Positions 14,191 to 27,780 of a stretch of DNA of 64,000 nucleotides are shown piece by piece. Numbering within the stretch: position 1 is the stretch's first letter; every line of letters starts with the position of its first letter. The stretch is from Eledone cirrhosa. Lineage: Eukaryota. The notes beneath the pieces are model-generated. The model was not told where the DNA came from. It worked only from the letters and a program-made list of their open reading frames with translations, and searched no databases. The translations under genes and the position numbers were made by a program. The DNA lies in assembly GCA_964016885.1 (NCBI GenBank), contig OZ024743.1, forward strand, positions 264,864,001 through 264,928,000, in the 5' to 3' direction.

Positions 14191-14735
14191 ATACATTTTT
14201 TAGTATTGGTGGAAGGGCTGATGCCTTGAGCATTGAGCAAAAATGCTGAGGCTAGAGTTGTGGTTGATTTTTATTATTTTGGGCGTTTGTTTGTTAATGG
14301 CAGCAATGGGTGTTAGTCCAGTGGAGTGGTAGTGGAGAGTGGTGTCGGCTAGAATGTTTTTGTAGTTCTTTTGCCAGATTCATTATGGCTATAAAAAGAG
14401 GTTTCCTGTTTAGGGAACTGTAAGTGACTGTTGTTTTGGGTATTGTATTTGATAGTATTTTTATTTTTATTTTTATTCGTGCGACGAATCCCCGGAAGAT
14501 GGGTAAAAGGACAATCACGCGGCAGACATAATTTGTCTCGCTGGGAATAGCGGCAGATTTTGGGATTCTATGTTTTAGCATTTGGTGAAGTTATTGGTGT
14601 TTGTAGTTGTGCTATTATGAATATGTGCTTTGGTGTTGTTTGTTGTTGTTGTTGTTGTTAGTAGAGGTTAAGCATTTTCCCCCGGGTAAATGAGTGAATT
14701 TGCAGTCCCTGGAAGTACATAACCTATTTCGTAAA

Positions 14736-14778
<43 letters not shown>

Positions 14779-15392
14779 CATAATTTTGAAAGGAATTTTT
14801 CTGTATTTCTTTCTGTACGAAAAGCTAGATATATACAGACTAAACGATGTTTATATGTTCTTTGATACAACTATGTATCTTCAAATCTTCAATTAAGGAT
14901 GTTCGTGGATAGCAGACGTAATCAGAGGGGATACAAGAAAGCCCAGCATAGAATTCAGAGCATTTCTGAAAAAGAATAGAAATGAACAACCCTTTTCGAA
15001 ATGTGTACTATTCCCTTGGCCTTTTATAGTAGATTTTGGCAAAGGCCATTTCTGCAGGTGCATATAAATATATGAATGCATACAAATATTATCTACCTAT
15101 CTTTCTACGTATATATATATATACAGGGATAGGTAGTGGTAAGGGAGAGAGTGAGAGAGAATTAGTCGCTGATAGATAGATATTTTGTTAAACAAAGATA
15201 GATCAACTAGAAACATCTGTTAATAAATGTTTTTATTTCAGTTTTGAACATGCATAAGCATCTACTCTCACTCTTTCTCTCCCTCCCTCTCCCTCTCTCT
15301 TTCTCTCTTTATCTCTTTCTCTCTTTCTCTCTCTCTCTCTCTCTTTCTCCCTCGCTATCTTCCTCTCTCTCTACACACATACATATATTCAT

Positions 15393-15488
<96 letters not shown>

Positions 15489-15899
15489 AAGTATGTATGT
15501 AAGTATGTAAGATTATTACTATCTCAGTCATTTGCCTGCATTTAAGTGTACGTGAATGTATAGATTTGGAGCGATAAGATAAATGAAAAACTGTTTCCTG
15601 GCTATAGGTAATGGAGGGAACTGTTGGAAGATGAATTATTCCGCTTAGATAGGTTCTCACTTACCATTTCATAACTACTCTTCTAGAACCAAGATTAATT
15701 TATTCTGTAACACACTTCTTAACCTAACCAATTATTGTTCGGAAAAGACCTGCTCCGCTCACCTATATGCCATGTAAACTGAGTGAAGTGCGAAAGCAAT
15801 AGAACTGTTATTGAGGTACAGGTATGTACATATGTATATATATGTGTGTGTGTGTGTATGAATGTATGTATATATATATATATACATACTTACATACAT

Positions 15900-15980
<81 letters not shown>

Positions 15981-16285
15981 TAATTTTGAGTATGTGTTGT
16001 TTGTCTATCGACACTTCAATATGCAGGTTCACATATATGTGTGTGTGCGTGTTTTATCTGCCTGTGTGTCTATGGGTTGTGTATGTGTGAGTGTAATGTG
16101 CAGGAGAGGGAGATAAAGTCTATCTAATACATGTATATATCGCTTTATACATATCAAAGCCTTTGTTAAGCTAAGTATACACATGTAACTAAGATTAGAA
16201 TTGCGTACACTTATCTATCTTTCAATATCTGTCTTTTTCATTCTATTGCCAGTTCTGTAACCTAGTGTTAATATAGTATACAGGT

Positions 16286-16412
<127 letters not shown>

Positions 16413-16767
16413 TGTATGTGTGAGTGAGTGTTTCAATACTAAGTGTTGCTTGATCCAATAAATCAAACAACTATGGTCAAATCAAGCGTAAGCACTCATA
16501 AGTGGGTAATATAAGTTATTACGTATATGGTATCAGAAGGAATGTCAATACTAAGAAAAAGAAGAGACGGTTTTACATAATCTACTTCAGTTTATAAAAA
16601 TGAAGTTGAATATGTGAAACCAACTCTCTTCTTTTAATTTTATATATAACTTCTTATATATCTTCCCGTTTCCAACTTCCAATCCACTATTAGATAATTT
16701 TTCCATTTGACACGAACTACCACTCTCAAATCCCAGCTAAGACACATAAATTGCGATCAGATATTAT

Positions 16768-17003
<236 letters not shown>

Positions 17004-17228
17004 GTGTATCTGTTGCCTGAGTATCAATCCAGAATCACGAAACAATGAGCCCTTGATACGTAAACATGAAGGAAATATATTTTAATAGAGAGTAAAGAAG
17101 GCATACATTTAACAAAATCATGAAAGAATATACTTCAAAGAAATTGAAGACACACACACACACACACACCCACAAACACACACACACGCACACATACACA
17201 CACACACACACACACAGATATATATATA

Positions 17229-17414
17229 ACGAAGGAAGTGTGGTAAGTAACCAGGTGGAGCATAACGCACTAAAGTACTCGATCCTGGGTAGTAGAGTGG
17301 GTAATAGGAAAAGAGTCAGGACCCCGACGGCTGAGCTCCGGCCGTTTCGAAAGCGATCAGTCATATCTGTCGAAACCACCGGAGCTCAGCCGTCGGGGTC
17401 CTGATTATTTTCCT
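17229..17414. mobile_element. Micro fold-back element in (TA)n; family members at 20731-20790 and 25922-26130
   Basis: Inverted arms taggaaaa.agtcaggaccccgacggctgagctccgg and ccggagctcagccgtcggggtcctga..ttttccta. Confidence 0.75.
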
Positions 17415-20049
17415 ATATATATATATATATAAGTAGGAAACAGTTGTGCATAGCTATTATATACATGTTATTTAGTTTTAAATATTTAAATATGGGTATA
17501 TTTACTGTTATGTAAGTTGTAACATTTTCTTTGTAATCTTTTGAAAAACTTTAAAATGCTTATATTCACTTAGAATTCTGCAATTGATTATCACAGATGT
17601 CATTACCTCTTTCTCCATAATGAAAGAAGAATTGATTCAGCAACGGTCCAATGTAATTTGACGATGACGTTAACAATGTTGAGGCTGAAAATGTGGAATT
17701 TGAGACGGGTTGGAGGGGGAGGGTTATATATATACATACATATGTATATTTAAAAGTTAAACAAGGTTCAATGAATACATCAAAGAATGAATTTTACAAT
17801 AGATTGGAAGCACTCAACAAAGAGGTTTTCCAGAGTTATTAATATTAATTTAAAATATTAACAAAATAGATATTCTTGTGATCAATTATATTTTATTATA
17901 CATATTTCAGAGGTACTGAGTTAAGTTCAACAGTACGTCCTCATCAGATAAAATAAAATGATACATGACATACCCTGACATATTAGATGGTTAAGATTTA
18001 GTCATAGTAGTATGTATATATATAAACATTTGTGTTGAAACATTGAATATGTTGTATGCATATTCATCTGTATTATTTTACGGATTTGGTTGGTCTTCAT
18101 ATGCATATTTATGCAACCTAATATATTTGTAATTATTTATATTTAACAGAAACAAATATTGAGAATGAATGTATCAGTATCTCGCCCTCATAGACATAAT
18201 GAATGAGGATATATACATAGATCCTTACGTCTGTGCTCCATTTATTTTATTGGTAGGAATAATGCGACTGCATTATTGCATATAAAAGCTACCCAAATCT
18301 AATTAGAGAAAGAAAGTTATTGTGGCCACCGAAAAAGATGTTGGAGTGAATTCCAAACGATTCGCTTTCTCAGTAGAAACATTTGGGAAGTAGGTTTGCT
18401 TCGTGATATGGAAACACAATATATTAGACGAGCGAATTAAGACCACCAGCAGTCCCTTGTGTGTGATAGAAGCAATTATACTAATATTATATGGAGGAAT
18501 GATATTATTCTCAAATATATAAGCAAAACACATAAAGGAAATCGTTTCAGATTTATGCTATTCGGCAATGAGAAATACATTACACCATTTCTTATACTGG
18601 GAATGCAGTAATTTAGATAAGCTATAAGATTGTTGAAACCTTGAAACCGTTTAGCGTCTGTTTGATAGAAATCTTAGATTGTTGAGTTCCTAAAGTTATC
18701 GTCGTTTATACACCTGCAGTTTCGTAAATACGGCACTTTATTGGATTGTTACTCTGGGGAATAGAATTAGGAGTTGTTTAAGACCTCTTCTTTATAACAG
18801 TTTCGATGACATGACAGCTGGTATAATTAAATTTTCTCTATTTTGTTGTCATTCGAACAATATGTTGTAAGAGGCCTTCAAATCATCTTCAAATATGAAA
18901 ATGAGATCTACTGTTAGATGTTCTCCAAACATATGATTCATTGTCTTAATCAATTGAAAATATTTGTGTTCTTTATCTGTATATATCACCTGAAGTTGTT
19001 ATTTCGTCTTGAAACTATTTATTAAATCATTTCCATAAAAAAACATTGCTATTATCTCAGTAGTGATCAAATGAAAATAACAAAATTTCAACTATTTCTG
19101 TGAATATTACATTATTTTAGTATTAATTTGTATGGGTTGCCTATGACCACATTTGTTTCCACATCATATAAGAACGGTTTTATCCCCCATGGGTAGTTTC
19201 ATGCTCGACACTGTTGTTGTACTCGTTTTTAAAATGTTTGGTTAGCTGGACAATTGGCAGAATCGTTAGAGCATATGGCAAAATACCTTGCTGTATTTGT
19301 TCCAGTTCTAGCGTTCTAGACTTAGATCACGTTGTTGTCCAGTGGGCTGGTAATCTCCATCGAACGTGACGTTTAACACTACCGCCTAATGTTAGGGTTC
19401 TTTTAGCAGAGTCTACTCAGTCGCAAGTATTTGTCGCAGGTATCCAGTTTGAGAATATCATACTATTGTCAGGCTTGACGTCTCTGAAAGGGATCATTGG
19501 CGTTTTTCTTCCCATCCTGAATAATCTTATTTAAAACATTCAAATAAAAAAGTTTTTCCTCTGTACTAATACGAAAGGAATTCAAATTATTTTCTTTTTC
19601 GAATGTATGAATATGCTCTATGACATTCACGGTTTTTTTTAAATTATTGAATATATTATTCATAATGATCACATATGTACCATATATATGCGCTCTTGTC
19701 AATAATAGCTACTTTATGACCAAGACAACAATAGGTTCTCTGTCAATATATAATATATATATATATGCATGTGTGTGTTTGTTTGTTTGTTTGTTTGTTT
19801 GTTTGTGTATGCGAGCGAGCGAGTGTGTTTCGGTGCGTCTATGTAGGTTTGTTTTTATGTATGTACTTACGAAAGTTTTTTTCAATAAATTATCGAGGTA
19901 CAGAGAGATTTCAAATTTTGGAAAGTATAGTAATCTCAAGCAAACGAGAAATAACTGCAACAGTCGATTGCTAAACATAATAGTTTAGATCATTTGGTTA
20001 TAAGTTTTTATTTATAGCGCCCGAATATTGTTACTGTCATATTTTTCTG

Positions 20050-20675
20050 TCAAAATAGTCTCATTGCAGTAAATTAGCTCTAGGAAAGAGGTTTTTCCGA
20101 GCTAATTTACTGTAATGAGACTATTTTGAGTTTCTAACTCAATACATGCCTTTGATATATTCGGCCCCGTTAATTCGTCGAGCTAATTCAAATGTCGAGT
20201 AAACCCGGCTGCTATCTTTAGTGGCGTGAGTCTGCGCGACACGCTAAGATCGGGAACCATGTGTGTTACATATACACACACTATCCAGTTTTTTTATTAT
20301 ATTTAGAAGTGATCAGAATACTAATTTCTTCACGCGCTGATTAGCTAAGAATTTGGTATTCCTCTTCACAAATAATATTGCGGAACAGTTCTATCAAAAC
20401 AGTCTGGGTGATCGGTAGTTACCACAATACAGGTTTGTATTTGTTTTTCTTGATTTATTCTTAAATTGAGTCTAGCAAACCCTATTGTCTGTAGTTAGTA
20501 TTTTTTTCACCTTAGCGATTCTGGTCCATTACGATTTGAACACATATATGTATATGTCTGCGTTCGTTTTTCTTTTTTTGTTCAGTTATACTACACGACT
20601 CGGAAAAAAACTTCTTTCCTAGAGCTAATTTACTGTAATAAGACTATTTTGAGTTTCTAACTCAATACATGCCTT

Positions 20676-20680
<5 letters not shown>
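20050..20680. repeat. Fold-back (20050-20129) plus direct repeat (20099-20157 and 20622-20680) element ending in (TA)n
   Basis: tcaaaatagtctcattgcagtaaattagctc mirrors gagctaatttactgtaatgagactattttga. Confidence 0.75.
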
Positions 20681-20734
<54 letters not shown>

Positions 20735-21140
20735 AAAATAGTCAGGCCCCGACGGCTGAGCTCCGACCGTTTCGACAGCTAGATCCGAACTAAGACACCA
20801 GCATTAGAACGGTGGGTATCTAGCTGAACTTATCAAGGACACAGTCCAGTTATGGGCATGCAGTCAAAGCAGATAAGCAAAATAATCTAAGCAGAATATC
20901 CTATAATTGTGTTGCTTTTCTTATCTGTCACGGGGAGCGGTCAATGATCTGGGGTGTTGTGTACATAGTTAAATACCTTCATAGCGGCGGGGGGGGGGGG
21001 GGGCAATATAAATATAAATGATTTCATACGAATGAAACAGTTCTAGGTCTTAGAAGCCATTTCTATATTCAAAAAGTTTGTTTAAACTAATGTATTGAAT
21101 ACGTTTTTGATTTTTGTTACTCCCGATTTCACTCGGAATC

Positions 21141-21176
<36 letters not shown>

Positions 21177-22220
21177 TATATCCAAAATTAAATTAAGGGT
21201 GTTATGTCCGAGAGACATGCGCCATATCCACTGTAGAATATGCTCAAAGAAATTGATTGACATATATATATATCTAAAATAAACATATGAAACAATCACA
21301 GGGTATAATTTGTAAAATGTGTAAACACACAGAGCTAGGTAGGTAACTAATTAAAGTTTAACTAGATCTTCAAATATAGATACCTTTTAAAATTATTAAT
21401 CTTCCTTGTATATATTTCATTAAAGAAATATATTTCACCATCAATCGGTAAATCACACTAGTCAAATCCTGGATTTTCAACAAGGGAGAAGATTTAACTA
21501 TCTGCCTTTACACAGCAAATGCTAATCTGCGAATGACTCGTAGCACGTGTTGCATTTTTTTGTTTAATACACACATCGTACCAGCGATATCCCAGTGGCG
21601 TGTATAGGATTATCGGCAGCTGGAAATAGCAGCCGAGTCCTTTCAACTGAGTTAGCTCTACAATTAAGGGGCCGTATATATATCCCAAATTAAATTAAGG
21701 GTGTCATGTCTGAGAGACATGCGCCATATCCACTGTAGAATATGCTCAAAGATTCCAATGAATAGATACGAGCATTTTATATCAACTAAAAATTGATTGA
21801 CATATATATATATATATCTAAAATAAACATATGAAACAATCACTAGCTGTCGATAAACCTATTCACGCCACTGGGATGACGCTGGTACGATGTGTGTATT
21901 TTAAAAAACATGCAACACGTGCGACGAGTCATTCGCAGATTTTCATTTGCTGTGTAAACACAGATAATTAAATCTTCTCCCTTGTTGAACATCCAGGATT
22001 TGACTACTGTGATTTACCGATTGATGGTGAAATATATTTCTTTAATGAAATATATACAAAGAAGATTAATAATTTTAAAAGGTATCTATATTTGAAGTTC
22101 TATTGAAACTTTAATTAGTTACCTACCTAGCTGTGTGTGCTGACACACTTTACAAATTATTCTGTTATTGTTTCAGATGTTTATTTTAGATATAAATATG
22201 TCAATAAATTTCTAGTTGAT
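21177..22220. repeat. Partial-tandem plus inverted repeat element (direct 21177-21299 and 21681-21843; inverted ~21250-21622 and ~21844-22220)
   Basis: Matches visible by eye, roughly 10% diverged; TA tracts on both sides; PLE pLTR-like architecture. Confidence 0.75.
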
Positions 22221-22231
22221 ATATATATATA

Positions 22232-22283
<52 letters not shown>

Positions 22284-22403
22284 TATAGACATAGAATATT
22301 CGAAAATATTCTGTATGTTTATAATAAACATTTTGAAGACCTAATCGCTATAGAATAGAATACGTCACGTATTACAATTAGATTCTCGATAAAAGCAAGG
22401 GAA

Positions 22404-23996
22404 GTAATCTACGCGTTTCATTCTTGTTAGAATTCATCAGGACTACATATCCAGTGCTTTTATCGAGAATGACACAGCTAGAGACTTATAGAATACTTAG
22501 CTGTGTACTGGAACTGGTTTGAAAGAGCGGTTGCCGGTCCGGCAGAAATTAGAAATTGGAATAAATGCTCTGAAATAGCGATATATATGTGAGTATAGAC
22601 ATAGAATATTCGAAAATATTCTGTATGTTTATAATAAACATTTTGAAGACCTAATCGCTATAGAATAGAATACGTCACGTATTACAATTAGATTCTCGAT
22701 AAAAGCAAGGGAAGTAATCTACGCGTTTCATTCTTGTTAGAATTCATCAGGACTACATATCCAGTGCTTTTATCGAGAATGACACAGCTAGAGACTTATA
22801 GAATACTTAGCTGTGTACTGGAACTGGTTTGAAAGAGCGGTTGCCGGTCCGGCAGAAATTAGAAATTGGAATAAATGCTCTGAAATAGCGATATATATGT
22901 GAGTATAGACATAGAATATTCGAAAATATTCTGTATGTTTATAATAAACATATTGAAGACCTAATCGCTATAGAATAGAATACGTCACGTATTACAATTA
23001 GATTCTCGATAAAAGCAAGGGAAGTAATCTACGCGTTTCATTCTTGTTAGAATTCATCAGGACTACATATCCAGTGCTTTTATCGAGAATGACACAGCTA
23101 GAGACTTATAGAATACTTAGCTGTGTACTGGAACTGGTTTGAAAGAGCGGTTGCCGGTCCGGCAGAAATTAGAAATTGGAATAAATGCTCTGAAATAGCG
23201 ATATATATGTGAGTATAGACATAGAATATTCGAAAATATTCTGTATGTTTATAATAAACATTTTGAAGACCTAATCGCTATAGAATAGAATACGTCACGT
23301 ATTACAATTAGATTCTCGATAAAAGCAAGGGAAGTAATCTACGCGTTTCATTCTTGTTAGAATTCATCAGGACTACATATCCAGTGCTTTTATCGAGAAT
23401 GACACAGCTAGAGACTTATAGAATACTTAGCTGTGTACTGGAACTGGTTTGAAAGAGCGGTTGCCGGTCCGGCAGAAATTAGAAATTGGAATAAATGCTC
23501 TGAAATAGCGATATATATGTGAGTATAGACATAGAATATTCGAAAATATTCTGTATGTTTATAATAAACATTTTGAAGACCTAATCGCTATAGAATAGAA
23601 TACGTCACGTATTACAATTAGATTCTCGATAAAAGCAAGGGAAGTAATCTACGCGTTTCATTCTTGTTAGAATTCATCAGGACTACATATCCAGTGCTTT
23701 TATCGAGAATGACACAGCTAGAGACTTATAGAATACTTAGCTGTGTACTGGAACTGGTTTGAAAGAGCGGTTGCCGGTCCGGCAGAAATTAGAAATTGGA
23801 ATAAATGCTCTGAAATAGCGATATATATGTGAGTATAGACATAGAATATTCGAAAATATTCTGTATGTTTATAATAAACATTTTGAAGACCTAATCGCTA
23901 TAGAATAGAATACGTCACGTATTACAATTAGATTCTCGATAAAAGCAAGGGAAGTAATCTACGCGTTTCATTCTTGTTAGAATTCATCAGGACTAC
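22404..23996 (-). ncRNA. Six minimal type I hammerhead ribozymes (22404-22446, then every 310 bp to 23954-23996)
   Basis: Reverse complement of GTAGTC-CTGATGA-ATTC-taacaa-GAAT-GAAA-CGCG-TA-GATTAC. Confidence 0.9.
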
Positions 23997-24069
23997 ATAT
24001 CCAGCCAGTACACAGCTAAGTATTCTATAAGTCTCTAGCTGTGTCATTCTCGATAAAAGCACTGGATAT

Positions 24070-25352
24070 GTAGTCCTGATGAATTCTAACAAGAATGAAA
24101 CGCGTAGATTACTTCCCTTGCTTTTATCGAGAATCTAATTGTAATACGTGACGTATTCTATTCTATAGCGATTAGGTCTTCAAAATGTTTATTATAAACA
24201 TACAGAATATTTTCGAATATTCTATGTCTATACTCACATATATATCGCTATTTCAGAGCATTTATTCCAATTTCTAATTTCTGCCGGACCGGCAACCGCT
24301 CTTTCAAACCAGTTCCAGTACACAGCTAAGTATTCTATAAGTCTCTAGCTGTGTCATTCTCGATAAAAGCACTGGATATGTAGTCCTGATGAATTCTAAC
24401 AAGAATGAAACGCGTAGATTACTTCCCTTGCTTTTATCGAGAATCTAATTGTAATACGTGACGTATTCTATTCTATAGCGATTAGGTCTTCAAAATGTTT
24501 ATTATAAACATACAGAATATTTTCGAATATTCTATGTCTATACTCACATATATATCGCTATTTCAGAGCATTTATTCCAATTTCTAATTTCTGCCGGACC
24601 GGCAACCGCTCTTTCAAACCAGTTCCAGTACACAGCTAAGTATTCTATAAGTCTCTAGCTGTGTCATTCTCGATAAAAGCACTGGATATGTAGTCCTGAT
24701 GAATTCTAACAAGAATGAAACGCGTAGATTACTTCCCTTGCTTTTATCGAGAATCTAATTGTAATACGTGACGTATTCTATTCTATAGCGATTAGGTCTT
24801 CAAAATGTTTATTATAAACATACAGAATATTTTCGAATATTCTATGTCTATACTCACATATATATCGCTATTTCAGAGCATTTATTCCAATTTCTAATTT
24901 CTGCCGGACCGGCAACCGCTCTTTCAAACCAGTTCCAGTACACAGCTAAGTATTCTATAAGTCTCTAGCTGTGTCATTCTCGATAAAAGCACTGGATATG
25001 TAGTCCTGATGAATTCTAACAAGAATGAAACGCGTAGATTACTTCCCTTGCTTTTATCGAGAATCTAATTGTAATACGTGACGTATTCTATTCTATAGCG
25101 ATTAGGTCTTCAAAATGTTTATTATAAACATACAGAATATTTTCGAATATTCTATGTCTATACTCACATATATATCGCTATTTCAGAGCATTTATTCCAA
25201 TTTCTAATTTCTGCCGGACCGGCAACCGCTCTTTCAAACCAGTTCCAGTACACAGCTAAGTATTCTATAAGTCTCTAGCTGTGTCATTCTCGATAAAAGC
25301 ACTGGATATGTAGTCCTGATGAATTCTAACAAGAATGAAACGCGTAGATTAC
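24070..25352 (+). ncRNA. Five minimal type I hammerhead ribozymes (24070-24112, 24380, 24690, 25000, 25310-25352)
   Basis: Stem I GTAGTC/GATTAC, core CUGAUGA, stem II ATTC/GAAT, GAAA, palindromic CGCG stem III, GUA cleavage triplet. Confidence 0.9.
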
Positions 25353-25505
25353 TTCCCTTGCTTTTATCGAGAATCTAATTGTAATACGTGACGTATTCTA
25401 TTCTATAGCGATTAGGTCTTCAAAATGTTTATTATAAACATACAGAATATTTTCGAATATTCTATGTCTATACTCACATATATATCGCTATTTCAGAGCA
25501 TTTAT

Positions 25506-25550
<45 letters not shown>

Positions 25551-25552
25551 TA

Positions 25553-25585
<33 letters not shown>

Positions 25586-25673
25586 GTGTATATACATATA
25601 TATATGTATATATATATACTATAAAGTAAGTCCATAGAATCATTTGATAATATATATACACCTACCAGGATTA

Positions 25674-25756
25674 TGCTTCTACCCTAGGGTTTCGTTCGCA
25701 TTTGGAGATATCCTATTAAGGAAAAAATCTCGAGCTTCGAAGTCATCAGTAAACAA
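25674..25756 (-). ncRNA. Candidate hammerhead with enlarged stem II
   Basis: tgttta-CTGATGA-C-TTCG-(~40 nt)-CGAA-C-GAAACCCTAGGGTA-gaagca. Confidence 0.45.
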
Positions 25757-25921
25757 ACTCATTGGACAAGTAATTTTCTAAAGTGATCCCCGCCAGAAAC
25801 AAATTCAAAATGGCTAAGAATTGTGACGTGGCAGTGGTGAAGTCAGAAAGAATGTGATTGGTTGCTTACGGCGAGTGGGCTGGTTGCTAGAATGCGCAGC
25901 CCAATATATATATATATATAT

Positions 25922-26127
25922 ATAGGAACCAGTAAGATCCCGACAGCTGAGCTCAAGCCGTTTCGACGGCTAATTCTGGACGGCTAATTGCGTCCAGAAT
26001 TAGCCGTCGAAACGGCTTGAGCTCAGCTGTCGGGGTCTTACTGGTTCCTATTACCCACTCTACTACCTCAAGTATTGAGTACTTTGGTGCGTTATGGTCC
26101 ACCTGGTTCCTTACCACATTTCCTTCG

Positions 26128-26130
<3 letters not shown>
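25922..26130. mobile_element. Micro fold-back element (near-perfect ~129-bp palindrome 25922-26050 plus tail), same family as 17229-17414 in opposite orientation
   Basis: Tail ttacccactctactacc...ccttcgtta is the reverse complement of 17229-17305; (TA)n on both sides. Confidence 0.8.
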
Positions 26131-26195
<65 letters not shown>

Positions 26196-26405
26196 CATTT
26201 GCTCTCATTCTGAGGCTGTTTGGGATGGCGCCAGTTTGAATTTTTAAGTCGGGAAATGTATATTCTCTGAGAGAGAAATGCCTTCTGACGATAATCTCTT
26301 TCTCGATGGGATTCCGCCTGGTTATCTATTCGTTTGGGATTTGAAACCGCGGTAAAGGAACATGTAGTAAGTACAGTGAATCTTTGCTTTATCTGCTGTC
26401 CCTTG

Positions 26406-26450
<45 letters not shown>

Positions 26451-26588
26451 AAATCAAAAGATGGTTAAAAGAGTTCCATGTAACCATCTTTTGATTTTAT
26501 ATTATTTATACTCCTGTGCTATAAACTGTTGAGTGCCACTTATCGTATATTTGCATTGCTTTATTGTGCTACAATAAAACTCACCTCC

Positions 26589-26835
<247 letters not shown>

Positions 26836-27494
26836 GTAATTTCATAACACTTTATGTATAAATATTAACATATAACATATAACATTTGCCAAGAAAAAAC
26901 TACCGTGTTAATATATAAATTAGCTTATCACTAGAAACCTAAGCCGTACATGTCTTCGTAAGTTGTGTTGCCGAACTTACATTTTAGAGTGACTTACTTT
27001 ACATTTGTCCTTCTGAACGACATTTGTGACGTAAGCGAAAAGGAATGGAAAAGAGTCACGATTCGTCTGACCGAGAAATTATTTTTCTTGACACTACCAT
27101 ACCCATTATAAATGTTTCTTTCATTTAAATGCTCGATGTCTGAGATTAGATCGGTGGATCAGATGAGGCGTCACTGTTTCAGCTAAACTTATTTGCAATA
27201 TAGACAACTTTTACCAACTAATATTACACCACGCTAGGTTAAATTTTTGTTCCATCCTTTGAGGGTCGCAATAATAATGTACCTGTCTAATCTAAATTGA
27301 TTTACTCGAGTAAACTACAAATCATGCAGTGTTCTGTCCTTATGTCTTTATCAGTAGACATTGACAGCGGTGTAAGGTTAATAAATATACTAGAAGTTTT
27401 ATAATGGTAAAGAAATTATACTGCGATGGTCATACTATGAGAATATGTAGTAGGTATCAAATCTTCAACAGTGTATTTACTGTTGTAAATACTA

Positions 27495-27685
27495 ATTGTT
27501 TCTACTTTTGGCACAAGGCCTGCAATTATCCTAGTGAATTACTGGTACTTTATTTTATCGACCCCGTAAGGATGAAAGGCAAAGTTAACCTCGGCGGGAT
27601 TTGAACTCAGAAAGCAAAGGGCTATAACTCTACGCTGCAAAGCATAGTGTCTGACGCTCTGCCGATGCTGCCAATTTACCGCCCC
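27495..27685 (-). mobile_element. SINE copy (same family as 6991-7175)
   Basis: Same core, B-box and tail. Confidence 0.85.
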
Positions 27686-27780
27686 AATCAATAATACTCG
27701 CAAGACATTAACAAGAGCTCACTCTCACATTTGAGCGTTCAAAACTGACAGACAAAAACTTTAAGAAAAACCAGTTCTCA

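Larger units (their letters stand above)
22271..25510. mobile_element. 310-bp tandem array with central inversion; retrozyme-like hammerhead-containing element
   Basis: Units start at 22281, 22591, 22901, 23211, 23521, 23831; orientation flips at 24004/24005; units are essentially identical; (TA)n on both flanks. Confidence 0.93.

Noticed and set aside
15657-15711. Possible small minus-strand host exon (acceptor and donor-like sites)
   Set aside because: Stops in all three frames; no supporting neighbouring exons
18100-19230. Possible Helitron or host coding remnant
   Set aside because: No recognisable motif could be read with confidence
22271-25510. CRISPR array or plain satellite interpretation
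   Set aside because: No unique spacers, eukaryotic context; each unit carries a ribozyme
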